Notes under the pieces: model-generated
Seen by the model: only the letters and a program-made list of their open reading frames with translations
The model's database searches: none
What the model was told of the DNA's origin: nothing
Source: a virus
Length of the DNA stretch: 64,000 nucleotides
IMG/VR virus record: IMGVR_UViG_3300036852_000134
Span: 1 to 64,000 of that record
Strand: one strand, 5' to 3'
Translations under genes and position numbers: made by a program
Shown: positions 29,465 to 38,087 of the stretch, piece by piece
How the letters are laid out: each line of letters begins with the position of its first letter
How positions within the stretch are numbered: position 1 is the stretch's first letter

Positions 29465-29736
29465 CAGAACGTCACTCTCTTGGTGATGATCGTTGCATCT
29501 GTCAGCGACACTTCATCGCCTTCGAGCAGCAGGTGTCCGTCTTCATCGCCCTCAAGCAGGAGCGCATCGGCGCCTCCGGTCTGCATGTCGCCTTCGAGCA
29601 GTAGAAATGAGATTCCAGATATGCCTGTCGTCTCAGCGATACGCTTGGTTTGTCCGCCAGCTGGCGTTCCCTGCACGCGCGCGGTCTGTCCACCGGATGC
29701 TGCACCTGATACCCGCTTGGTGGTGGTCGTGGCCAC
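29464..29736 (-). CDS. Small repeat-rich tail-associated protein
   Basis: LLLEGD x3 and T(K/A)R(V/I) x4; probable GTG start at 29736; coupled to the tailspike start. Confidence 0.55.
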   Translation of the reverse strand: MATTTTKRVSGAASGGQTARVQGTPAGGQTKRIAETTGISGISFLLLEGDMQTGGADALLLEGDEDGHLLLEGDEVSLTDATIITKRVTF

Positions 29737-29737
29737 G

Positions 29738-30130
29738 TCAGCTCTTGATCCAGATGTAAAGTCTTCCACCGGTGAGCACGACGCCGGTATCGGCTGGCGC
29801 CACCCTGATCTTCAGGCGATCGCCAGCGAGAACCACGGGCACATAGCCCGTATCCGAAGCGTTCCCCGCGCCAGTAACGAAGCTCACGGCCTGCCGCGTT
29901 GCGCGCACGAACTGCGTGGCTAAGTTTGCCGCCGCTGCGTCATAGATCAGCCAGCCCACCCCCGTATCGAGCGTGTCAGGCAGCACGGAGACCTGGAGCG
30001 TGGCAACCTGGCCGGTGTCGGTGGAATGCCACCAGCGCAGCTGCTGGATTTCGCCCATCATATGCGGGCCAGTATCCTGGAAGGTGACACCTCCAGAGAC
30101 GTTCACGTCGAAACGCTGACGGGTGATCAT
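29738..30130 (-). CDS. Putative virion accessory protein (5 DTG in 130 aa)
   Basis: Beta-rich, LAGDRLKIRV motif, late operon. Confidence 0.6.
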   Translation of the reverse strand: MITRQRFDVNVSGGVTFQDTGPHMMGEIQQLRWWHSTDTGQVATLQVSVLPDTLDTGVGWLIYDAAAANLATQFVRATRQAVSFVTGAGNASDTGYVPVVLAGDRLKIRVAPADTGVVLTGGRLYIWIKS

Positions 30131-30131
30131 G

Positions 30132-30224
30132 TCATTTCTTCTTGGGCTTGGGCTTCGGGGTTGACTTCACAGCCTTCACAGGCTTCTTACTGGCGTAGTG
30201 GGTGACGGGTGCGGATTCAGCCAT
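30132..30224 (-). CDS. 30-aa Lys-rich peptide sharing the capsid N-terminus
   Basis: MAESAPVTHYASKKPVKAVKSTPKPKPKKK; AGGAAAGAG RBS; stop 1 nt before the next ATG. Confidence 0.55.
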   Translation of the reverse strand: MAESAPVTHYASKKPVKAVKSTPKPKPKKK

Positions 30225-30408
30225 TGATCTCTTTCCTACTGTCTCGCGATCTTTTCAATGTGCGACGCAGGGTGCAGGCGCAGGAGCGCACAGGACCCGT
30301 CGTCACGCTGGACGCCGAACTGTCGGGCTTGCTCGCGGTCTTCCACGGGGTCGCCAGATTCATCGAACATGGCGATCACGGTGACGATCTCACCGGAGGC
30401 GAGCTCAA

Positions 30409-31083
30409 TTAGGAAGGGTGCCAGTCTGGTCTTTCTTTCGGGTCAGCGTAGGTGCCGTTGAGCGGGGTGGGTTGGTGAACTGATGGGGAATCCCCATTGC
30501 TTTCACCATTGCGCCGGAACAGATGCTGGTTGCCTTCCGCCCGCGCCTCGTAGTGCAGGCTCTCGAAGTCCGGCCGCTCAGTCATGACATCCCAGAAGGC
30601 TGGATCGGACCAGAGGATGCGGTTACTTGGGAACGCGCCGATGTGGCCGTTCTCAAGTCGGCAGAGGTGCAAGGTCTTGGACTGCGAGCTATCCTCGGAG
30701 AGCCCTGAACCTATGAACGCGATCGACCGGATGTACTGACCTTTTACCCGATCGGGTAAGATCTCGACCGCGCCGAGTTTCAGGAAGTCGAACTCATCAA
30801 CCGAGAACTGGTCAGATTGGCAATCCCAGGGCTGTAGGTAGGTCATGTCGTCCGGCATCGGACAAGGCTTGTCCACCAGGGCCTGGATCGGCACGTGCCA
30901 GAGGGCACCGCCGAGCGGGTCGAGGCAACTCACATAGAACCAGAGGCTGTTCCCCGGCTTGCAGGTGACGGCATGAGCGATGACTTGGACGAACTCGCCC
31001 TGGTAGCGCCGGCAGTCGGTCATGAACTCGCGCCTTAGGAGGCAGCGGAAGTACGGCTTGATGCTGCCGAAGATGTAGGACAT
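30409..31083 (-). CDS. Conserved phage hypothetical protein
   Basis: AAAAGGGA RBS; LQPWDC and LENGHIGAFPSNRILW motifs recalled from other proteobacterial phages. Confidence 0.6.
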   Translation of the reverse strand: MSYIFGSIKPYFRCLLRREFMTDCRRYQGEFVQVIAHAVTCKPGNSLWFYVSCLDPLGGALWHVPIQALVDKPCPMPDDMTYLQPWDCQSDQFSVDEFDFLKLGAVEILPDRVKGQYIRSIAFIGSGLSEDSSQSKTLHLCRLENGHIGAFPSNRILWSDPAFWDVMTERPDFESLHYEARAEGNQHLFRRNGESNGDSPSVHQPTPLNGTYADPKERPDWHPS

Positions 31084-31161
31084 TGTCCCTTTTCTGACAG
31101 TCAGTAACGATATTGTTACTTCCCGCGATCACTTTGTGACTTGATCCGACGTAGAACCGCC

Positions 31162-31189
31162 TTGCAGCGGCAGCCAGCCGTGCTATTAT
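31162..31189 (+). promoter_or_regulatory. Sigma70-type promoter
   Basis: TTGCAG-N16-TATTAT with extended TGn. Confidence 0.5.
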
Positions 31190-31413
31190 GTCCAATACGG
31201 ACGGTCTCTCAGACCATCCGCCTCCCCCAAAAATCTGACACGAAGCGCGAAGGGCACCAGCCCGACACGGTACGCGCGGAGCCGCAAGGCCTGTGATCGA
31301 GGTGAGAAGGGGGAGACCGGCGGAAACGGAACGACATCCGCCGGATGTTGCCGGAGGAGCGAGAGCCAACTCGCTCAACTCCGGCTAGCTCTAACGCAAC
31401 TTGGAGATGCGTT

Positions 31414-32160
31414 ATGGCCTACTTCTTCTACCTCTTTCGCCGTCTCGTTGCAATCGCCCTTGGGCTGGCACTGACCGGTTACTCGGCTTGGTGCAGCTGG
31501 ACGCATCAGGGAGACCTGATCGGCCCGCTTGCAGCGATCTCGGCAGCCGCGCTGCTCGCGTTCTGCGAGTATGCGTGGCGCGACCGTCGCTACGTTCACT
31601 TCGGGCTGCTTGGGCTGCTCGGACTGGCGGCGGCAGCAATCTCCGGCTCGATCGTGCTTGAGCGGGTTTCCCACACGCAGGAAGCCAGTTCGCAAAAGGC
31701 GCGGTCGGCCAATCTGCCTCGGACCGAAGCCCAAAAGGCTCTCACTGAGGCGTCAGCCGAGCTCAAGGCGGCGCAAGCCGAGACGAGCAAAGCATGCAGC
31801 TCCGGGCGTGGCCCTGTGTGTAAGGGTCTGGAGCAGCGGGAGGACGCGGCGCGGAAGCGCGTCGAAGATGCCCGCTCCAAGCTGGTTGGACTTGGTGCAG
31901 AAACCGCCGTAGACCCAGCGGCTGGCGTCCTGGGTGCACACGCTGAAACGCTCCGACTGGCTACGCTGCTAGGCCTGCCTCTCTGGCTTGAATTGGCAGC
32001 TCCCGCCGTCCTCGCTTACGGATTCGCGCCGGCTCCCCGCAAGGTGGAGACGCCGAGGAAGAAGAGAAGGCGGCGTAAGGTGAAGCGGACCAAACCCGCA
32101 CCGCCATCTAAGGCGAAGCGCCCGCACGGCGCCCAGTTGAGGGTGGTGTCTTCTCGCTAA
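31414..32160 (+). CDS. Multi-TM/coiled-coil membrane protein (moron)
   Basis: 3 N-terminal TMs, coiled coil, further TM, basic tail; own promoter and terminator. Confidence 0.65.
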   Translation: MAYFFYLFRRLVAIALGLALTGYSAWCSWTHQGDLIGPLAAISAAALLAFCEYAWRDRRYVHFGLLGLLGLAAAAISGSIVLERVSHTQEASSQKARSANLPRTEAQKALTEASAELKAAQAETSKACSSGRGPVCKGLEQREDAARKRVEDARSKLVGLGAETAVDPAAGVLGAHAETLRLATLLGLPLWLELAAPAVLAYGFAPAPRKVETPRKKRRRRKVKRTKPAPPSKAKRPHGAQLRVVSSR

Positions 32161-32163
32161 CCC

Positions 32164-32189
32164 AAGCCCCGCTTCGGCGGGGCTTTTTT
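32164..32189 (+). terminator. Rho-independent terminator
   Basis: AAGCCCCGC-TTCG-GCGGGGCTT followed by TTTT. Confidence 0.88.
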
Positions 32190-32457
32190 ATTTGTGCCGC
32201 CGCTTGATCGTAGGCTCTCGGCAGAGCCGCCTGATCGTCTCCATCAGGCTTGTATACACTCCACCATTTCGCAGAAGATGGAGGCGAAATTCAGCAACCG
32301 ACTGGAAGTGGTCACGCCACAGTTTCGGAGGCTGCTCTTGCCTTCCTTTCTCAAGATCTTCGAGCTGTTGCTGCACATACCGATTGCGGAGTACGTATGC
32401 TGCATCGGCAGTGCGTAAGATCTCTGGAATTGATATCCGCTTAGGGATGATGCTCAC
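32188..32457 (-). CDS. Hypothetical protein
   Basis: 89-aa ORF with distinct, AT-richer composition. Confidence 0.4.
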   Translation of the reverse strand: MSIIPKRISIPEILRTADAAYVLRNRYVQQQLEDLEKGRQEQPPKLWRDHFQSVAEFRLHLLRNGGVYTSLMETIRRLCREPTIKRRHK

Positions 32458-32949
32458 AGCACCGAAACCGTTCCTGGGCTGACACTGCCTTATTGCAACC
32501 TAAGTGCGACCACAATTAATGCCACGTTCTACTTGTTCTGCTTGGTCATCCGCCAGTCTGCCGCAATGTTTGCACGACCCAACCGCCGACGATGACGATC
32601 GCTGCAATCATTGCAAGCACCCGGTCAAACCAGCGCGGCCGTTTCGGACAGCTCGCGGCCACATGCTTGTCTGAGAGACAAAGTGTGCAGAGCATCGTCA
32701 TTGCTCCTGGGGCTTTCCGCGTTCCTCCATTGGCCGTACCGCCTCTTTGCTCGTGATCGAGACTGGGTGTGTGCGGTCGTGGGCGATTGGGAGGAAAGCG
32801 AGAAGGGGAGCGGGGAGCCTAGCCTTTCGGCACCAGGACAGCACGTCTAGCTTAGCCATCCTGGCATTGGCCCCCGCATAACCCCAAGCAGAGGCCTTAC
32901 GGCGGGTCCGCTGGGGAAAAGAGGCCGACCCCAACGAGGGGGCCGGGGA

Positions 32950-33126
32950 CCTACGGCATGCCGTAGGCGGGGATAGGCTGAGCGGGCCGTGACCCGCTCA
33001 GTTGCTGCGGAAGACGGAACTGCCGCAGCGGGGAGGATTGCTCAAGGACCTAGGCAAAGCGCTCATTGAGCCAAGCCTTGAGGGGTAGGTAGGGTGAACG
33101 ACCTCGCGGCGCCGCGCAGATCACCC
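32950..33126. ncRNA. Candidate structured RNA / tandem hairpin array
   Basis: Five consecutive inverted repeats in a largely non-coding interval. Confidence 0.4.
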
Positions 33127-33169
33127 ACCGTAGTCTGGCGCACGTCTACGCCAGAATTCCAATATACCT

Positions 33170-33355
33170 CTATTGAAGCCGCGAGAAAATCTCGAAAGCC
33201 TTGGCGTCCACCGCCTTGACCCAGCGCTCGTATGCTTTGCGATCGTCGGGGACGCGGACCAGATCCGGGAGGAGCTCGCAAAGGGCGAGCCTCAGAGCCT
33301 GCTCCTGGCGCTGTTCGTCGGCCAGGATGATCTGATCTTCAAGCTCTTCGTGCAT
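33170..33355 (-). CDS. Hypothetical protein
   Basis: 61-aa helical ORF. Confidence 0.45.
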   Translation of the reverse strand: MHEELEDQIILADEQRQEQALRLALCELLPDLVRVPDDRKAYERWVKAVDAKAFEIFSRLQ

Positions 33356-33563
33356 GAAAAGAAGGGCCGTGCCCTACCTCTTTTGCGGCTGCAGAGAACG
33401 GCCCGGAATTGAAGGAGGGTGCCCCGAAATGCAAAGCGCCGCCAGCGAGTTGCTGAGCGGCGCGGACAAATCGGGATCGTGGGAAAAACATATACCCAGT
33501 TCGCGCGGCATAGTCAACGCCAGAAGTCAAGTGCAATTGCGTTTGTCTCCGCGACAAAACGCC

Positions 33564-34220
33564 TCAGTCGTCGCCGAGCCTGAAGAACAATCGCAGGCGC
33601 CGCGCAACTTGCACAATCTCCTGCGTGCCGGCAGCAGACGCCGCGCTTGTTTCCGACCGATACGTGCTCAGGAACGCCCCGATCTTGTTCATGCTCCAGG
33701 CTTGATCGTCCCCCAGCAGGACGGGCTCCAGCGCCTGCCTGGCAGCTTCATCGCAAACCCACCGGCCGGATCGATCCTTTACACCGAAGGCGGCCATACG
33801 GGCTGCGTCGAAAATCCTTCTTGCCTGCAGCCGCTCGTCCGATGTGATGGACTTGCCCCAACTGGGCGCGGATCCGCCGCCATCGCCGTAGCGACCGACG
33901 CCAATGCTTGGCCCATCAGCCACGAAAGAGACCACCGCATAATACTGGATCGCGGTGCGCATGTTCGGCGTGATTCGGGGCGGCTCGGGATCCTTGCCCT
34001 TCCGCTCCTTCGACTTCGCGAGTTCCTCGATGCGAGGAACGATGGCGTGCGGCGATGCGAGGTGTGCCGCCATGCGAGACAACTCAACGCTGATCTTGCG
34101 GATCCGCTCTGGCGTCGGCGGCATCGCCGGATCCCCACGCCAGTTGAAGGGCTGGTCGGCGCCGCCGAGTTCGCGCTTGACGATCTTGTTGAGTGTGACT
34201 TCCCCTGCATCTCTCGTCAT
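33564..34220 (-). CDS. Putative late transcription regulator (Q-like position)
   Basis: Last sizeable gene of the early/middle operon; C-terminal sigma-region-4/HTH-like segment. Confidence 0.45.
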   Translation of the reverse strand: MTRDAGEVTLNKIVKRELGGADQPFNWRGDPAMPPTPERIRKISVELSRMAAHLASPHAIVPRIEELAKSKERKGKDPEPPRITPNMRTAIQYYAVVSFVADGPSIGVGRYGDGGGSAPSWGKSITSDERLQARRIFDAARMAAFGVKDRSGRWVCDEAARQALEPVLLGDDQAWSMNKIGAFLSTYRSETSAASAAGTQEIVQVARRLRLFFRLGDD

Positions 34221-34261
34221 TCAGTCGAACCTCGCGATAGCCAAGTTTCGGCACGCGCACA

Positions 34262-34756
34262 TCAAGCCATCCTGCCCAATATTTCAAGCAGCCGATGCGA
34301 CCAATTTCTACCACTCCATATCGCATAAATAGTTGAAGTCGCCACCCCATACAGCCTTGCATAAGTCCGAGCTGGAAGCAGTTTCCTACGTATCTCCGCA
34401 ACTGCCACTTCTGAGAGAAGTGCTCGACCGTTCCTCTCACGTGGCGATGCGCAGAGATGTGCTCGCCCCTTCGCTTGGTGGTCGCGTCTATTGTCGAGGT
34501 TTGTGCCGAGGAACAGGTGATCAGGGTTCACGCAAGTCGGCGTGTCGCACTTGTGGAGGACGTGCAAACCACCCGCATCCCCGCGATACAGCTGCCAACT
34601 TACGCGATGTGCTTGCCGCGATACCCTTCTACCTATGCTGATGCGCCCGTATCCTTGGCGATCTCCATAGAGAAGCCAAAGCCAACACCCAGTATTCGGT
34701 TCAGGAGAAACCGCTTTCTCGAACCGCTGCCTAACTGTCTTAGAGAAAAACATCAT
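34262..34756 (-). CDS. HNH endonuclease
   Basis: CWLW, GYG, AHRVSW, VLHKCDTPTCVNPDHL. Confidence 0.9.
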   Translation of the reverse strand: MMFFSKTVRQRFEKAVSPEPNTGCWLWLLYGDRQGYGRISIGRRVSRQAHRVSWQLYRGDAGGLHVLHKCDTPTCVNPDHLFLGTNLDNRRDHQAKGRAHLCASPRERNGRALLSEVAVAEIRRKLLPARTYARLYGVATSTIYAIWSGRNWSHRLLEILGRMA

Positions 34757-35244
34757 TCCGCAGCTTCCCTCACCGCCTGGATCCCAAGGGCTTCTGAGAT
34801 GTTGACGACCTGGATCTCGCCGCCCGAGTAAATGTCGATCTTGCACGCGATCTCAACGGCATGCCGCGCTGTCGCGTCGGCGACGAGAAGGCCGTAGATG
34901 TGCTGACCACCGGTCCCGAAGGCTTGGGGCAGCAGGAACTCCGTCGGGTAGGGCAATTGGGAGGCGATATAGACCTGCCGATGCGCCTCGATGACGATAA
35001 GCGTCCAGCTTGGCTGCTCACCGCCTGGCGGCACGTTCTTCGGGTCTGCCCCACCCTCATACCACTCGATCAGCGCCTGCCTCATGGCCGGCGTGCCGGC
35101 CATGGTGAAGATGCGGGCGGGCCGGTCCCCGATCGCCTCGCGCACCACGATCTTCTTGAAGTTGGTGCGGTGCCGGATATCACCGATGCAGGAGAGCCCG
35201 TCCGCTGCAATGGTGCCGAACTTGTCTATCGCGATCGTCGTCAT
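34753..35244 (-). CDS. Ntn-hydrolase / proteasome-beta (HslV-like) protein
   Basis: MTTIA start, IAADG, AFGTGG and DIYSGG motifs. Confidence 0.7.
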   Translation of the reverse strand: MTTIAIDKFGTIAADGLSCIGDIRHRTNFKKIVVREAIGDRPARIFTMAGTPAMRQALIEWYEGGADPKNVPPGGEQPSWTLIVIEAHRQVYIASQLPYPTEFLLPQAFGTGGQHIYGLLVADATARHAVEIACKIDIYSGGEIQVVNISEALGIQAVREAAE

Positions 35245-35573
35245 GCCCCCACCTCTTTCGCCAGCGTATCCAGCAGCATTCCGAGCGCTCCTTCTGGGTT
35301 TCCTTCTGCCGTTCTTGGCAGCGCAGTCCTGATTGCTTCGACTGGCGCTCCGTATTGGAGTGCGAAGGACAGGACGATGGCTGCCTCTTGAGCCTGGATA
35401 CTCACGTCGGTTCCCGCGCGGCCGGAGGTGAGGAAGACCTCGGCTAGGCGATCATCCGGGAACCTGCTGATCGACGCCGTGTAGGGGATGGAGTTGGTGC
35501 CGGAACGGGCGTAGGTCCTGAACTCCATCGTCTCGGAGCCGCGGCGGTTTTGGAGTCTGGTTCTGTTGCTCAT
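35241..35573 (-). CDS. Stand-alone TSCPD-like domain (NrdJ C-terminal homologue)
   Basis: EVFL...RAGT...AIVLSFALQYGAPVE. Confidence 0.65.
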   Translation of the reverse strand: MSNRTRLQNRRGSETMEFRTYARSGTNSIPYTASISRFPDDRLAEVFLTSGRAGTDVSIQAQEAAIVLSFALQYGAPVEAIRTALPRTAEGNPEGALGMLLDTLAKEVGA

Positions 35574-35604
35574 TCTGCCTTCCCGGGTGTCTTGTTGCGG
35601 GCCA

Positions 35605-36090
35605 TCAGTCGGCCTTTCTGAGGCCGGTCCCAGCCAATGCCAGCTCGATGCCCTGAGCCATCTGCTGCGTCTTGTGCCAGAGCATCAGCGCGACGGCGTC
35701 GGAGAGCGCGTTATGCGGATGCTCAGGCTTGGGCTCACCATCTGGTGTGTTGATGAGTTTCATCGTGCATGGGACCATGAAGCTGGACGAATAGTCCGGC
35801 CCGCACATCAGGTGCATGAGGTGCTCAAAGTCGGCGGGCCAATCCGCCCAGATGGTACAATCTGGCCGGGCGCTGATGTACTCGTTGAGAGAAAACCGCA
35901 GCACGTTATGGTCGCCCTGGATCGTCGGCTTCATGGCGTAGAGCTTCGGCGCCACATGCTCAGCGACCCACTCGTTGCCGCAATAGGCATCGAATATGCC
36001 GTACCACTGAGAGCCGTCGTCTCCGACCAGAGCAAGTGAGACGAGGTTGCCACCGTGGCCATCGAACTCCGAGTCGAGATAGAGATTCAT
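35605..36090 (-). CDS. DEDDh 3'-5' exonuclease
   Basis: LYLDSEF, WPADF and HNALSDA. Confidence 0.8.
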   Translation of the reverse strand: MNLYLDSEFDGHGGNLVSLALVGDDGSQWYGIFDAYCGNEWVAEHVAPKLYAMKPTIQGDHNVLRFSLNEYISARPDCTIWADWPADFEHLMHLMCGPDYSSSFMVPCTMKLINTPDGEPKPEHPHNALSDAVALMLWHKTQQMAQGIELALAGTGLRKAD

Positions 36091-36093
36091 GGG

Positions 36094-36627
36094 TCAATCC
36101 TCCTCCTTGTTGAGCGCTCGCGCCTCGACACGACAGGGCCGGGCTGTAATGTGACACCTGACGTGCCCAACCCCGATGAAGTCCTGGATCTTGCTACCCA
36201 CCGTGTCCGGAACTCCGGCTTGGGCGCAGGCGATGGTGGCGTCCTTGGCGTTGTCGATGCCGAGGTAGCGGTCGCCGAAGTGGAAGGCGACCTCGGCCTG
36301 CCAGGCGAGTAGAGCTCTACCCTTGGCGCTCTCCTCGGTTTGGGCCGCGCCTCCGGTGGCGGAGATCAGGCGATGGCACGTCGGGTCGCTGGGGACCACG
36401 TAGCGATGGTGGCGCGCATGGTGCTTCCGCCAGCGCCAGCGATCGCAGCCCTCAGCACGATATCTTCCGCCGCAGAAGTAGTGCTTGTAATACAAGTCGT
36501 TTTTGTACCACTTGTAGGTGAATGGCTCCGGCTCCGAGGCTCCGGCCCGCAACGGCCACAACGCCCACGCCACCGCCACCACAAGGAAGGTGGCGAAAGT
36601 CCATCGGAACATTCTATCCTGCGTCAT
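36094..36627 (-). CDS. Exported Cys-rich hypothetical protein
   Basis: Signal peptide/TM, six Cys. Confidence 0.55.
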   Translation of the reverse strand: MTQDRMFRWTFATFLVVAVAWALWPLRAGASEPEPFTYKWYKNDLYYKHYFCGGRYRAEGCDRWRWRKHHARHHRYVVPSDPTCHRLISATGGAAQTEESAKGRALLAWQAEVAFHFGDRYLGIDNAKDATIACAQAGVPDTVGSKIQDFIGVGHVRCHITARPCRVEARALNKEED

Positions 36628-36658
36628 GGCGCACCTTCGGTTTTGACGCGCACTCTGG

Positions 36659-37660
36659 TTATTCCGCAGCCTCTGTGATGGCGGCGAATAGATCAGCTGG
36701 TTTCGATTGCGTCTCGACTGATTTCAGATTGGCGACCGCCTGTCGAAAGTAGCTCGCTTTGAGTTCCGCACCGATCGCCTTTCGGCCCATCTCCACTGCG
36801 CAATAAGGCTCAGACCCGATGCCCGCGAATGGGCTGTAGACCGTATCGCCTGGATTGCTCCACAGATCGATGCAACGGCGGATTACGGTGAGCTGCAGTG
36901 GCGATATATGGCGCTCATCATCTTGCTCTCTCGCCATGCTGCGCGAGAGCACGTCGGACTGATTGATGTCGAGCCAAATGGGCTCTGCGTAGCGCTGCCA
37001 AACCGCGACAGAGTACCAGTTGTCGCCAGGATAGTTCTTGGTCTGCATCCGGCCCGTCTCCGTGACCAACGGCCCGCTAGGCGCCGCCTCGCTCCCGTAG
37101 TAGGCGTCGAAGGCGCCGGCGATGGGCTCAGGGTTGTCGCCCGGCTTGCGCATCGTCACGATGTAGTCTGCGACCGCCATGCGGGAGAGCGCCGAGTCCT
37201 TGCAAACCTGCTTGTGCAAGAGGCCGATGGACTTGGAACGCTGCATCGCGGCAACCGGGTCTTTCCTGATGCAGACCTCGCTGTGGTATATCCAGCCCGC
37301 GGCCTGGAACGCGCGGATGATCTCGCCGCGGAAGTCCCGCAACCCAATGAACCCGTCGCGTGTTTTGGACGTGGGCAGCTGCATGCAGTGCGTCGAGCAC
37401 AGCCGGCCCGGCATTGTCGCTCGGAACAGTTCCCGGATCAGGAATCCGTAGTGCTCCCAGAACGTCCCACTGTTCGTGCAATTCGACATATCGCGCGGAT
37501 GGTCCGAGAACGTGTAGAGGCTCTCGAACGGGGGCGAGTAGACCGTGTAATGGAGCTTCCCATCGGGGAGCCCGCGCGTCACGTCCACACAATCCCCGTT
37601 GTAGAGAACGAAGTTCTTCCCGATGGCTTGGTCTACGATTTTAACGGAATGATATTCCAC
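36659..37660 (-). CDS. DNA amino-methyltransferase (N4-C/N6-A, beta class)
   Basis: YNGDC, catalytic SPPF, SAM-binding YSPFAGIGS. Confidence 0.88.
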   Translation of the reverse strand: MEYHSVKIVDQAIGKNFVLYNGDCVDVTRGLPDGKLHYTVYSPPFESLYTFSDHPRDMSNCTNSGTFWEHYGFLIRELFRATMPGRLCSTHCMQLPTSKTRDGFIGLRDFRGEIIRAFQAAGWIYHSEVCIRKDPVAAMQRSKSIGLLHKQVCKDSALSRMAVADYIVTMRKPGDNPEPIAGAFDAYYGSEAAPSGPLVTETGRMQTKNYPGDNWYSVAVWQRYAEPIWLDINQSDVLSRSMAREQDDERHISPLQLTVIRRCIDLWSNPGDTVYSPFAGIGSEPYCAVEMGRKAIGAELKASYFRQAVANLKSVETQSKPADLFAAITEAAE

Positions 37661-38087
37661 GGCGCACCTCGCTCATACGATTGATCCTGCCGTCTGCTGT
37701 CATGTGGCAACGACGGCATAGGAACTTGATATTTTCCGGGTTGTTGTTTGCGGTATCGCCGTCGACGTGATGTCGTTCCGGTCTCTTAGACGAACCACAG
37801 GACCCACACGGCTTCTTATCCGGGAACCATCTCAACGCTCGCGAACGCCCGCTGCGCTCACTCACATCATCGCCTTTCCATTTATGGTGGCGATCCCGCG
37901 ACTTGGCTTCGCCGATCTTTCTCAAGTGCTCCGGCGATTTTGGGCCGCGACCAAATGTTGAAAGCCTGCACTCCTGAGAGCAATATTGCGGTCCACGACG
38001 AGACGGCCGAACGTACCGTTCAAACGACCGGCCGCAGCACACACAGCTTCCGCTCCAATTTGGCGTGGCTTCGTGCTTCACAACCAT
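37641..38087 (-). CDS. HNH endonuclease
   Basis: YCSQEC, HLRKIGEAK (NUMOD3-like), HHVDGDTANNNPENIKFLCRRCH. Confidence 0.85.
   Translation of the reverse strand: MVVKHEATPNWSGSCVCCGRSFERYVRPSRRGPQYCSQECRLSTFGRGPKSPEHLRKIGEAKSRDRHHKWKGDDVSERSGRSRALRWFPDKKPCGSCGSSKRPERHHVDGDTANNNPENIKFLCRRCHMTADGRINRMSEVRRGISFR

Noticed and set aside
5489-30130. DTG as a DNA repeat, CRISPR array or diversity-generating retroelement product
   Set aside because: Codons vary, spacing is irregular, flanks are unrelated, and no reverse transcriptase or cas gene is in the window.
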